A DNA stretch of 64,000 nt from NCBI GenBank assembly GCA_965203485.1, contig OZ241892.1, positions 832,001 to 896,000 on the forward strand. The letters are read 5' to 3'. Every line of letters begins with the position of its first letter. Within the stretch, counting starts at the first letter, position 1. The notes under the pieces were generated by a model. The model was not told the DNA's origin. It made no database searches and saw only the letters and a program-made list of their open reading frames with translations. The stretch is from Longimicrobiales bacterium. GTDB lineage: Bacteria > Gemmatimonadota > Gemmatimonadetes > Longimicrobiales > Gaopeijiaceae. A program made the translations under genes and the position numbers. Positions 48,671-56,681 of this stretch are shown here, piece by piece.

Positions 48671-50379
48671 GCGGTTTCTCGTTTCGCGGCCGCTGTCGGC
48701 GGCGCGGGACCAGCGGCGCGCGGCGACGGTTGCGGAGGGGGCGCTCCGTCCTCGTTGTTGCCGAAGACGCGCGCTACGTCGCTTCGCCGCACCTTGCCCA
48801 TCGCGGTGCGGGGCAACTGGTCGACGGGCGCGAACGCTCGCGGCACCTTGTACGGCGCCAGACGCTCCTTGCCCCACGCGCGGAGTTCGTCGTTCGTGGC
48901 CCGGCGGCCGCCCGCGGGCACGTAGGCCGCGCAGAGGCGGTCGCCCCACTCGGGATCGGGAACGCCGGCGACCGCGATGTCGCGAACGCTCGGGTGCGCC
49001 CGGTAGAGTTCCTCGACTTCCAAGGCCGACACGCGGTAGCCGCCCGTATTGAAGATGTCCGTGCCCCGGCGCCCCAGGATGCGGTGCGAGCCGTCTTGGA
49101 CGCGCGCCAAGTCGCCCGTGCGGAACCAGCCGTCACGAAACGCCGCCGCCGTTTCGCCGGGACGCTTCCAATACTCGGCAAACACCTGCGCGCCCCGAAC
49201 TTCGAGTTCGCCCGCCTCGCCGTCCCGCACAGCAGCGCCGCCAAGCCCCACGATCCGCGCCTCCACGCCCGGCAACGGCCCGCCCACGTGCCCCGGCCGC
49301 CGCGGCCCGCCCAGAGGATTGGAGAGGGTCATGCCCGTTTCGGTCATTCCGTAGCGCTCGAGCAGCTGGTGCCCCGTCGCGGCGCGCCAGCGCGCGAAGA
49401 GCGAAACCGGCAGCGCCGCCGACCCCGACACCATCAGGCGCAGCCGTCCGCCGCCTCGGGACCATCGGCGCTGAACGGGCGCCCGCGCTTGCTCCCATTC
49501 GCGGGCCAGCCTCTCGTAGACCGTCGGCACCGCCATGAACAGGGTGACGCCGCCGGACGCCCACCGCTCCCATATGTCCGCGGGCCGGGCGCGGGCCGGA
49601 GCGAACTCGCAGGCCGCTCCCGACCACAGGGCGCAGCAGAGCGCGGCGACGAGGCCGTGGACATGGTGCAGCGGCAGTACGTGGAAGAGGCGGTCCCCAG
49701 CGGACCACTCCCAGGCCTGGACGAGGGAGCGCACTTGAGCGGCCAGTTGCGCGTGGCCCAGAAGCACGCCCTTCGGCCGTCCCGTGGTGCCGCTGGTGTA
49801 GACGATGAAGGCTCCGCCGCCGGAGTCGGCTCCGCTGTTGAACGAGCGGGCTGGGCGTCTCTGGTCCGGCGGACCACGAGGCGCCGCACCGCCCGGCGCA
49901 GGCTTCTGGTTCGGGACCGGCGACCGGGCGCGGGCCGCCGCATCCACTTCGTCTTCACGGAGCAGCAGGGCCGCCGCTCCACGGTCCCTCGCGGCGCGCG
50001 CGACCACGTCGGCACGAGGAAGCGCGGGGTCGGCCACGACGAGCCGGGGACGGGCGTCGTCCAGGACGTGCTCCAGTTCGCGTTGCGGATGGGAGAGCGC
50101 CAGCGGCACCGCGGTCCCGCCCGCGCGCCAAGTTGCGAGCTGCATGGCGACGTGCGTTCGTCCAGGAGGCGCCAAGTACGCCACCCGTTCCCCCGCCAAG
50201 TCGCCGGCCGCGTCGCCGAACCTTCGCGCCACGAGCTTCTCGGCCGCGTGGAGTTCGCCGTACGTCCAGTTGCCCGCCTCGTCGGCGATCGCGATTCTTC
50301 CGCGGAACTCCGGACTCTGGATGCGGTCCAGCATGGGGGGTTGTGGCCCGCGGAGTCCGGGCGGCGAGGGCGGCGTCAT
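48667..50379 (-). CDS. Acyl-CoA synthetase, malonyl-CoA synthetase (MatB/ACSF3)-like
   Basis: YTSGTTGRPKG, LPLHHVHG, FMAVPT, ERYGMTE, WFRTGD, LPRTAMGKV. Start uncertain. Confidence 0.9.
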   Translation of the reverse strand: MTPPSPPGLRGPQPPMLDRIQSPEFRGRIAIADEAGNWTYGELHAAEKLVARRFGDAAGDLAGERVAYLAPPGRTHVAMQLATWRAGGTAVPLALSHPQRELEHVLDDARPRLVVADPALPRADVVARAARDRGAAALLLREDEVDAAARARSPVPNQKPAPGGAAPRGPPDQRRPARSFNSGADSGGGAFIVYTSGTTGRPKGVLLGHAQLAAQVRSLVQAWEWSAGDRLFHVLPLHHVHGLVAALCCALWSGAACEFAPARARPADIWERWASGGVTLFMAVPTVYERLAREWEQARAPVQRRWSRGGGRLRLMVSGSAALPVSLFARWRAATGHQLLERYGMTETGMTLSNPLGGPRRPGHVGGPLPGVEARIVGLGGAAVRDGEAGELEVRGAQVFAEYWKRPGETAAAFRDGWFRTGDLARVQDGSHRILGRRGTDIFNTGGYRVSALEVEELYRAHPSVRDIAVAGVPDPEWGDRLCAAYVPAGGRRATNDELRAWGKERLAPYKVPRAFAPVDQLPRTAMGKVRRSDVARVFGNNEDGAPPPQPSPRAAGPAPPTAAAKRETA

Positions 50380-50549
50380 GGCTTCGTTCCGTGGAGCGGC
50401 TTGGGTCTCGGTTGCCGACAAGTTACGGTTCGAGCGAGCACGCGGACGAGCCGGGCCGCCCCCGGATCGCCTCGTTGCGACCGGGCGAGCGCCGCGCTCG
50501 CAGGCGGCCGTTGTCGCGCGCCGTCCAGCCAGTCGACCGGAGATGTCCT

Positions 50550-51050
50550 ATGCGCATGTGCTTGTGGGAGTTCGCGAAGAGGATGGCCGGCGCTGTGGTC
50601 CTGCGCGCGTCGGCCTACCGTGCCGTGCGGGACGACGAAGGCGCCAACCTGCAGGCGGTGCTGGTGGCGGTGTTGGCGGCGACGGGCGCGGCAGCGGCCG
50701 ACGCGGAACTCGGATGGCGCCATGCGGCGCCGTTGGCTCTGGTCGGCGCGGCGCATTGGCTGGCTTGGTCCGCAACCGCGCACTGGATCGGAACCAGGTT
50801 GCTGGGGTGTGCTTCCACGTGGGGCGGCGTGGCGCGAGCGCTTGGATTCGCGAAGGCGCCGGGCCTGCTGGCCGCTTTCGCGTTCGTGCCCTGGGTTGGA
50901 GGCCTGTTGCACGCGGTCGCCGCGCCGTGGATGCTTGCGACCGGCGTGGTCGCGGCGCGGGTGGCGTTGCGGACCAGCGTGGGCCGTGCGGCGCTCGCAG
51001 CGGCGCCGGGCGTGCTGGTGCACTGGACGGCGCTGGCGCTTCTCTACTGA
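50550..51050 (+). CDS. Hypothetical membrane protein (YIP1-like)
   Basis: RMAGAVVLRASAYRAV...ARALGFAKAPG; several TM segments. Confidence 0.65.
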   Translation: MRMCLWEFAKRMAGAVVLRASAYRAVRDDEGANLQAVLVAVLAATGAAAADAELGWRHAAPLALVGAAHWLAWSATAHWIGTRLLGCASTWGGVARALGFAKAPGLLAAFAFVPWVGGLLHAVAAPWMLATGVVAARVALRTSVGRAALAAAPGVLVHWTALALLY

Positions 51051-51181
51051 CGGAGGGCAGCGACGGTGCGCACCCGCCATCACCACGGACGAAGCGACGG
51101 GATCCGCGGCTTGCAGGGCCGCTCGCCTGGGGATAACGTGCGTTCGAGAATCGCGGAGCTGCCCGCGGCGGCGCGGCCTAG

Positions 51182-51634
51182 ATGCCCGACGCCGTGCCCG
51201 GAGCCGCTCCGCCGGCTTCCGCGCGGAAGGGAGTGGATCGAACGATGCTTGGCGCGAGCCGCAAGCCGTGCGCGGCGCTTCTCGTCGCGACCGCCGCCTT
51301 GGTCGCGGCCAACATGTGGATCGTCGGCTTGATGGCGACGCCCGACGGCGGCGCGGTGCGCTCGCCCGGCGGATTCATGGATTCCTGGCCGTGGATCAAC
51401 GCCCTCTACGCCGCGATGTGCGGCTACTGGTTCGCGAGGCTCTCCGCGGAGGACCGCACCCCCGCGGCGCGATGGCTCAGGGCGGGGTTCGGCTTCGTCA
51501 TGGTCGCGTGCGTGGCCAATCTGGCCATCCTGGACGTGGCCGGGCTGGACCTCTTCTGGATATGGCATTTCGTGGACGGCGCGCTGGTCGTCACGTTCCT
51601 GGGGCAAGCGGCCAGGGAGTGGAAGGCCGCCTAG
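51182..51634 (+). CDS. Hypothetical four-TM membrane protein
   Basis: Four hydrophobic segments with Trp-rich motifs. Start may be ATG 51245. Its TAG is part of the IS target site. Confidence 0.7.
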   Translation: MPDAVPGAAPPASARKGVDRTMLGASRKPCAALLVATAALVAANMWIVGLMATPDGGAVRSPGGFMDSWPWINALYAAMCGYWFARLSAEDRTPAARWLRAGFGFVMVACVANLAILDVAGLDLFWIWHFVDGALVVTFLGQAAREWKAA

Positions 51635-51649
51635 CAGCCCGTGGACAAA
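51635..51649. repeat. IS terminal inverted repeat (left in window)
   Basis: 14/15 match to the reverse complement of 53149-53163. Confidence 0.9.
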
Positions 51650-51693
51650 CGGGCTTGGCGCGTCCGCGACGAAACTTGGTGGGACACGGCGGT

Positions 51694-53076
51694 TTACCGG
51701 GCTCTCGAAGGCGCGAACGCGCGGAAGTCGCGCAATAGGGCTTGGAGCGGCCCCGAGAGGCGTCGAAGCGGCTCGAGAGCGGCGATTTGGCGGCAAAATC
51801 GGCGCAAAACGGAGCCTGCGGCGCCCGTCGCGCAGGAATCGAGCACAGCTTGCGCTGCGGCGGGGCGGCCCTGCAGGCCTCGTGGCGTGCCGACGCCGAA
51901 GCGTCTTCGCATGAGCAGCCCGAGGTTGAAGGCGGCGACGTGAATCAGCATCCGCTTGCGGATGTCCTCGTGGCCGCGAACGTGCACGCGGCGAAGCCCG
52001 CCCGTCGCCAGCAGGTGCGCGAACGAGCGCTCGAGCTTCTCGCCCCGCATCCTCAGCAGCGCCTTGCCGCGCTCGCCCCGAATCCGCCGCCGGTTCGCGT
52101 AGACCGGCTTCTGGGCTTCCTTGTTCTTCTTCCAGCTCCGCCGACCGCGCGCGGGCTCGCTCACGTAGCCGCGCAGCCCCCGGTCCTCCAACTCCGTCAT
52201 CGTCTTGTTCGAGTGACAGCCCTTGTCGCACACCACTTCCGCCGCCCCAGCCCCCAGCTCCGCCAGCCGCCGCTCCGCCTCGTCCAGCGTCTCCGTCAGC
52301 GACGCCGCGTCGCCCCCGTCCGTCGTCTGCACCGTCATGCCCACCACCGCGCCCGACTCCAGGTCCACCGCCTGCTCCAGCTTGTGACCCAGCCGCGTGC
52401 GCCCGTCCTTCATCTTCGTGATCCGCGCCTCCGGGTCCCCCGGATGCACCCACTCCGCGTTCGACCCCTTCTTCGGACGCTTTCGGTCCAGCTTCGCCAG
52501 CTCCGCGCGCGTCGGCGTCTCGATCCCCGACGACCGCGCCAGCTCCCGCAGCCACGCCTCGTAGCCCGCGCCCCCGTCCCGCCGCACGATCGAGCGCATC
52601 GCCGCGTTCGCCTCCAGCGTCGTCGAGTCCACGCCCAGCGTCCCGCCTCCCAACAGCCCCGAGTCGTCCAGCAGCCGCAACACGCGCGCGAACACTGCGA
52701 CGTGCGCCTCCACGCTCAGCCGCTTGCGCGTCTTCGACAGGCTCGAATGGTCCGGCGGGTTCCTCGTCAGATCGTACCCCAGGAACGCGCGCAGCGAAAA
52801 CGAGTCCCTGCACCGCCAGGCGATGCCCCGCTCCGACGAGATGCCCTCCAGGTACCCCACCATCAGCGCCCGAAAGTACACCCCCGGAGGAATCCCCGGA
52901 CGGCCCACGTTGCCCGCGTAGAACTCGGCGCACACCTCCTCCGCGAACTCGTCGAAGCCGTCCTCCCGCAACAGCTTGTCCAGCGCCCGGTAGAACGGGT
53001 GCTCGGACGCGCTGATCTTGCTCGTCGCCACGAACAACGCCTGCTGCCGCTCGCTCCGACGCTTGCCCAACGCCAT
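51694..53076 (-). CDS. DDE transposase (DUF772 + DDE)
   Basis: HPFY, GRPGIPP, SERGIAW, PDHSSLS, VDSTTLEANA, DKG, ERSFA. AAGGAGG RBS. Confidence 0.95.
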   Translation of the reverse strand: MALGKRRSERQQALFVATSKISASEHPFYRALDKLLREDGFDEFAEEVCAEFYAGNVGRPGIPPGVYFRALMVGYLEGISSERGIAWRCRDSFSLRAFLGYDLTRNPPDHSSLSKTRKRLSVEAHVAVFARVLRLLDDSGLLGGGTLGVDSTTLEANAAMRSIVRRDGGAGYEAWLRELARSSGIETPTRAELAKLDRKRPKKGSNAEWVHPGDPEARITKMKDGRTRLGHKLEQAVDLESGAVVGMTVQTTDGGDAASLTETLDEAERRLAELGAGAAEVVCDKGCHSNKTMTELEDRGLRGYVSEPARGRRSWKKNKEAQKPVYANRRRIRGERGKALLRMRGEKLERSFAHLLATGGLRRVHVRGHEDIRKRMLIHVAAFNLGLLMRRRFGVGTPRGLQGRPAAAQAVLDSCATGAAGSVLRRFCRQIAALEPLRRLSGPLQALLRDFRAFAPSRAR

Positions 53077-53148
53077 CGCCGTCCTCCTTCAAGGGAATCG
53101 TTCCGTCCCTCCAATCTACTCCCCACCAAATCGCCGGCGCGCCGGGAC

Positions 53149-53163
53149 TTTGTCCACGGACTG
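53149..53163. repeat. IS terminal inverted repeat (right in window)
   Basis: 14/15 match to the reverse complement of 51635-51649. Confidence 0.9.
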
Positions 53164-53489
53164 CTAGCGCTTCCAGGGCCACGCGCCGTGCCGGCTTCGG
53201 CCGGCGCGGAGGGCGGGGCCGGGCTTCTCCGCAACGATCGGGCGCGAAGCCGGTCCAGGTCCGGCGCGGAGGGGCTCGAGGTGGACACGCCGCAACGGGC
53301 CGGGCATGGGCGCCCGTTGAAGCTGCCCGGCGGGGCGTGGGCGGCCGCCGTCGTCCTGCTGTTGTACATTTTGGCACTCGGCACGTGGCAGCCACGCAAC
53401 TCGGGCTAGCCTTGGGGCCGCGCCGTCATCCCGGGGTGCTGGCGACCGGCCTCGTCACGGCACACTGGCACAAGCGAGGAGGGCCGATC

Positions 53490-56400
53490 GTGACCACGAG
53501 CGGGGCACGCGCAAGAACTTCTCGCGGGACCAGCCGGTTGCCTGTCCCTCTATGGGCCCTGGCCGTTTCGCTCGCGGCGTGCGAGGGCGCGGGCGAGGGC
53601 GAGCCTCCTCCTCCTCCGCCGCCGCCGCCTCCTTCTCCCAGCACGCCGGCGTCGATCGCCCTGGCGTCAGGGGCGGACCAGCAGGCGTTCTCGGGCGACA
53701 CGCTGGCGGCCCCCATCGTGGTGCGCGTGACGGACGCTGGCGGCGGGCCGGTGCAGGGCGCGACCGTCCGCTTCTCGGTCACGGCGGGCGGCGGATCCGC
53801 GAGTCCCGCTACGCAGCCGACGGACGCCTCGGGCTTGGCTTCCGCAAGATGGAGAATCGGGCGGGACTCCGGGCCGCAAACCTTGGCAGCCTCGGTGGCC
53901 ACGCACCGCCTGGAGGTCTCGGCCGTCTGGGCGGGCGTCCCCGCGTGCGAACGAACCCCGGAGGTCGGTCAGGCGCTCGCGAGGACGGTGGGCGTCGCAG
54001 GCTGCGCCGACGTTTCCGCGTCGTCTCTCGCGGGCATCGAGGCGCTCGATATGGTCGGGCCGTTCGCCCAGGCGAACCCCGCGACGCGTCCCGCGTTGGC
54101 CTCTCTCCGCAACGGCGACTTCGACGGCCTGGCCGGGCTGGTGCACTTGGACTTGACCGGCAACCGGCTGGCGAGCCTGCCGGCCGGCGCCTTCGCCGGG
54201 GCCCCCGAGTTGCAAATTCTCGATCTTGGCTCGAACCTGCTCGGCAAACTCGACGCGGGCTGGTTCTCGGGTCTGTCGAAGCTCGAGCACCTCGGCATGG
54301 GCTCCAACGGGCTGTCCGAGTTGCCGGCCGGCGCCTTCGCCCAAGTTCCGGCGTTGGTCAGCGTCGACCTGGGCCTCAACAGTCTGCGGAGCCTCTCGCC
54401 GGAGGCGCTCCGGGGCGCTGCGAGCCTGCGCGCCCTGCTTGTGACGCTCAACCAGATTGCCGACCTGCACCCGAGCACGTTCGAGGGAGCGCCCGGCCTG
54501 ACCCGGCTGGACTTGTCGCGCAACCGGCTCAAGGCGTTGCCTGCGGGCGTCCTCCGCTCCCTCGGCAACCTGCGGGAACTCTACTTGACGAACAATGAGA
54601 TCGCCGAGTTCCCCTCCGGTCTGTTTCGGGGCCTCTCCGAGCTGGAGCGGATCGACCTGAGCGGCAACCGGTTGCCGTCGTTGCCCGACGACGCCTTTGC
54701 GGGGCTCGCGCGCCTGCGCGCGTTGTTTCTTGGCGGCAACCTCCTGGTTGCGCTTCCGCCGGGCGTCTTCGAGGGCGTCGGTGCGCTCGAGCAGCTGTCG
54801 CTGTCGCCCAATCCGGGCAGCCCCTTCGTCCTCGTGGCCGAACTCGCGCGCACCGACAACCAGAACGCGCTGGCCCCGGGCCCGGCGCAGGTCTCGGCGA
54901 AGATCGCGCAAGGAGCTCCCTTCGCCGTCACCGTCCCGCTGGCGGTGAGGGGCGGCTCCGCGGGAGCGTCGTCGTTGCGCATTCCGGCCGGCGCCCTCGC
55001 CAGCCCGAGCGTGGAGGTGGCGAACTCGCCCGGGTCGTCGCTGTCGGTCTCGGCGCGTACGCCGGTCGTCCACGCGCAGGAGTGTTCGGACGGAGCGGCG
55101 TGCGCGGACGGAATCGCGACTGCGGCCGGCGCAACCTTGGTGCTGGCCAACCCTCCGTCGGCTACCGCGACCGTGCCTGCGGTCCATCTGACCCAGGGAG
55201 CGCAGAGCCTGAGCGGCGGCGTGTCCCTGGTTGCGGGACGCAGGGCCTTGCTGCGCGTCTTCGTCAGGAGCGACAGCGCCAACGCCTTTCGCCCGTTTGC
55301 GCGCGCCACCTTCTTTCTCGACGGTGCGCGGGTGCACGCGGCGTCCTTGGAGGCGCCGCCGGCCGGCATCCCCACGTCCGTTCACGAGGGCGCGCTCGAC
55401 CGGAGCTTCAATGCAGTGATTCCTGGGGCGGTTCTCCGGCCCGGGGTCGAAATGGTAGTCGAGATCGACCCGGACAACGCCATGCCGCTCACGTCCCGCA
55501 GCGCTCGGCGCGTGCCCGCCGCGGGCCGAACGGCGCTCGACGTGCGCGAAGTCGCGCCCTTGGACGTGACGATCGTGCCGGTTCAGTACGCGTGGGATCC
55601 CAACCGCGGCGCCAACGCCGCCGTCCTGAACTTCGCTCGCGGGCTCGGCGCGCCCAACGCCGCCGGCATGAAGTTCGTGCGCTCGCTGTTGCCCGCGTCG
55701 CGCGTGAACGCGACCGTCCGCGCACCCTACGTCACCTGGGCGGACACGACCCGCGTGGGCGGCCCGCGCCTCTTGGACGAGATCGAGTTGCTGCGCCATC
55801 TCGAGGCGGCGGGCACGGGCCGGTACTACCACGGCGTCTTCGCCGGCCCGCGCATCGTGCGCACGGGCGCCTTCTGGGACTTCATCGGGGTCGCGTTCAA
55901 GCCCGGGCTGAGCGGGATCACGCAGTCGCACGACTACGACGGAAGCCCCTACTTCGCCACCGCCGAGGTGATCGCGCACGAACTCGGCCACAATCTCGAC
56001 CTGGGCCATGCGCCCTGCGGCGTCTCCGATGGGCTGGACCCGGACTTTCCGAACGCCGACGGCTCGACCGGCGTGTGGGGCTACGACTTTGGAGAAGCGG
56101 GCGGCCCCGGCTTCCTGCTGGACCCGGGCAAGACGCGCGACGTCATGTCGTACTGCCTGCCGACTTGGGTCGGGAACTACAACTTCTCCAAGGCGTTGCG
56201 TTACCGGACCGCCGCGTCGGCGGCCGCCTCGCGGGTCCGCCGCGAGCGAACGCTCATCGTGTGGGGCGGGGTGAGGGACGGGATGCCGGTGCTGGAGCCG
56301 GCCTTTGCCTGGAACGCCGCGGCAAGGGTGCCCGAGCGACCGGGACCCTACCGCGTGACCGGCTGGGACGCGCGTGGACGGGAGATGTTCTCGCTGGCGT

Positions 56401-56681
56401 TCGCCCAGGCCGAGACCAGCGACGGAGGTCGAAGCTTTCTCTTCGCGATCCCGTTCGGGGCGGACTGGTCCGGCGTGCCGGAGCGCATGGCGCTTTCGGG
56501 ACCCGAGGGCTTTGCGGCCACGGGCGTGGCGGCTTCGCGGCGAATGGCCGTCTTCACCGACCGCGCCTCCGGAGCGATCCGAAGCATCGCGCGGGATTGG
56601 CCCGACAGCCGGGCGACCCCCGCCGCCGTCGCCGCCTTCAGCCGCTGGGAGTTGCGCCGCGGTGCGCCGGATCCTCGGTAG
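53490..56681 (+). CDS. Lipoprotein: poly-Pro + Ig-like domain + leucine-rich repeats + M66-like metzincin protease
   Basis: Lipobox LAAC, P10 tract, Big_1-like VRVTDAGGGPVQGATVRF, 24-aa LRRs, HELGHNLDLGH and Met-turn DVMSY. GAGGAGG RBS. Confidence 0.88.
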   Translation: MTTSGARARTSRGTSRLPVPLWALAVSLAACEGAGEGEPPPPPPPPPPSPSTPASIALASGADQQAFSGDTLAAPIVVRVTDAGGGPVQGATVRFSVTAGGGSASPATQPTDASGLASARWRIGRDSGPQTLAASVATHRLEVSAVWAGVPACERTPEVGQALARTVGVAGCADVSASSLAGIEALDMVGPFAQANPATRPALASLRNGDFDGLAGLVHLDLTGNRLASLPAGAFAGAPELQILDLGSNLLGKLDAGWFSGLSKLEHLGMGSNGLSELPAGAFAQVPALVSVDLGLNSLRSLSPEALRGAASLRALLVTLNQIADLHPSTFEGAPGLTRLDLSRNRLKALPAGVLRSLGNLRELYLTNNEIAEFPSGLFRGLSELERIDLSGNRLPSLPDDAFAGLARLRALFLGGNLLVALPPGVFEGVGALEQLSLSPNPGSPFVLVAELARTDNQNALAPGPAQVSAKIAQGAPFAVTVPLAVRGGSAGASSLRIPAGALASPSVEVANSPGSSLSVSARTPVVHAQECSDGAACADGIATAAGATLVLANPPSATATVPAVHLTQGAQSLSGGVSLVAGRRALLRVFVRSDSANAFRPFARATFFLDGARVHAASLEAPPAGIPTSVHEGALDRSFNAVIPGAVLRPGVEMVVEIDPDNAMPLTSRSARRVPAAGRTALDVREVAPLDVTIVPVQYAWDPNRGANAAVLNFARGLGAPNAAGMKFVRSLLPASRVNATVRAPYVTWADTTRVGGPRLLDEIELLRHLEAAGTGRYYHGVFAGPRIVRTGAFWDFIGVAFKPGLSGITQSHDYDGSPYFATAEVIAHELGHNLDLGHAPCGVSDGLDPDFPNADGSTGVWGYDFGEAGGPGFLLDPGKTRDVMSYCLPTWVGNYNFSKALRYRTAASAAASRVRRERTLIVWGGVRDGMPVLEPAFAWNAAARVPERPGPYRVTGWDARGREMFSLAFAQAETSDGGRSFLFAIPFGADWSGVPERMALSGPEGFAATGVAASRRMAVFTDRASGAIRSIARDWPDSRATPAAVAAFSRWELRRGAPDPR
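54027..54818 (+). repeat. Coding LRR array, about 11 units of 72 bp (degenerate at DNA level)
   Basis: Consensus LxxLxxLxLxxNxLxxLPxxxFxG. Confidence 0.9.

Larger units (their letters stand above)
51635..53163 (-). mobile_element. Complete insertion sequence (IS1182/IS5-like), 1529 bp
   Basis: 15-bp TIRs CAGCCCGTGGACAAA (51635-51649) and TTTGTCCACGGACTG (53149-53163) with one mismatch; CTAG at both flanks (51631-51634, 53164-53167). Confidence 0.92.

Noticed and set aside
53168..53409. Small ORF ending WAAAVVLLLYILALGTWQPRNSG
   Set aside because: No convincing start or homology. The hydrophobic run coincides with a TACATT promoter-like patch for the LRR gene.
53604..53640. CCT/CCG run as a phase-variable tract
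   Set aside because: It is an in-frame triplet poly-Pro linker with mixed codons; slippage would not switch the frame.
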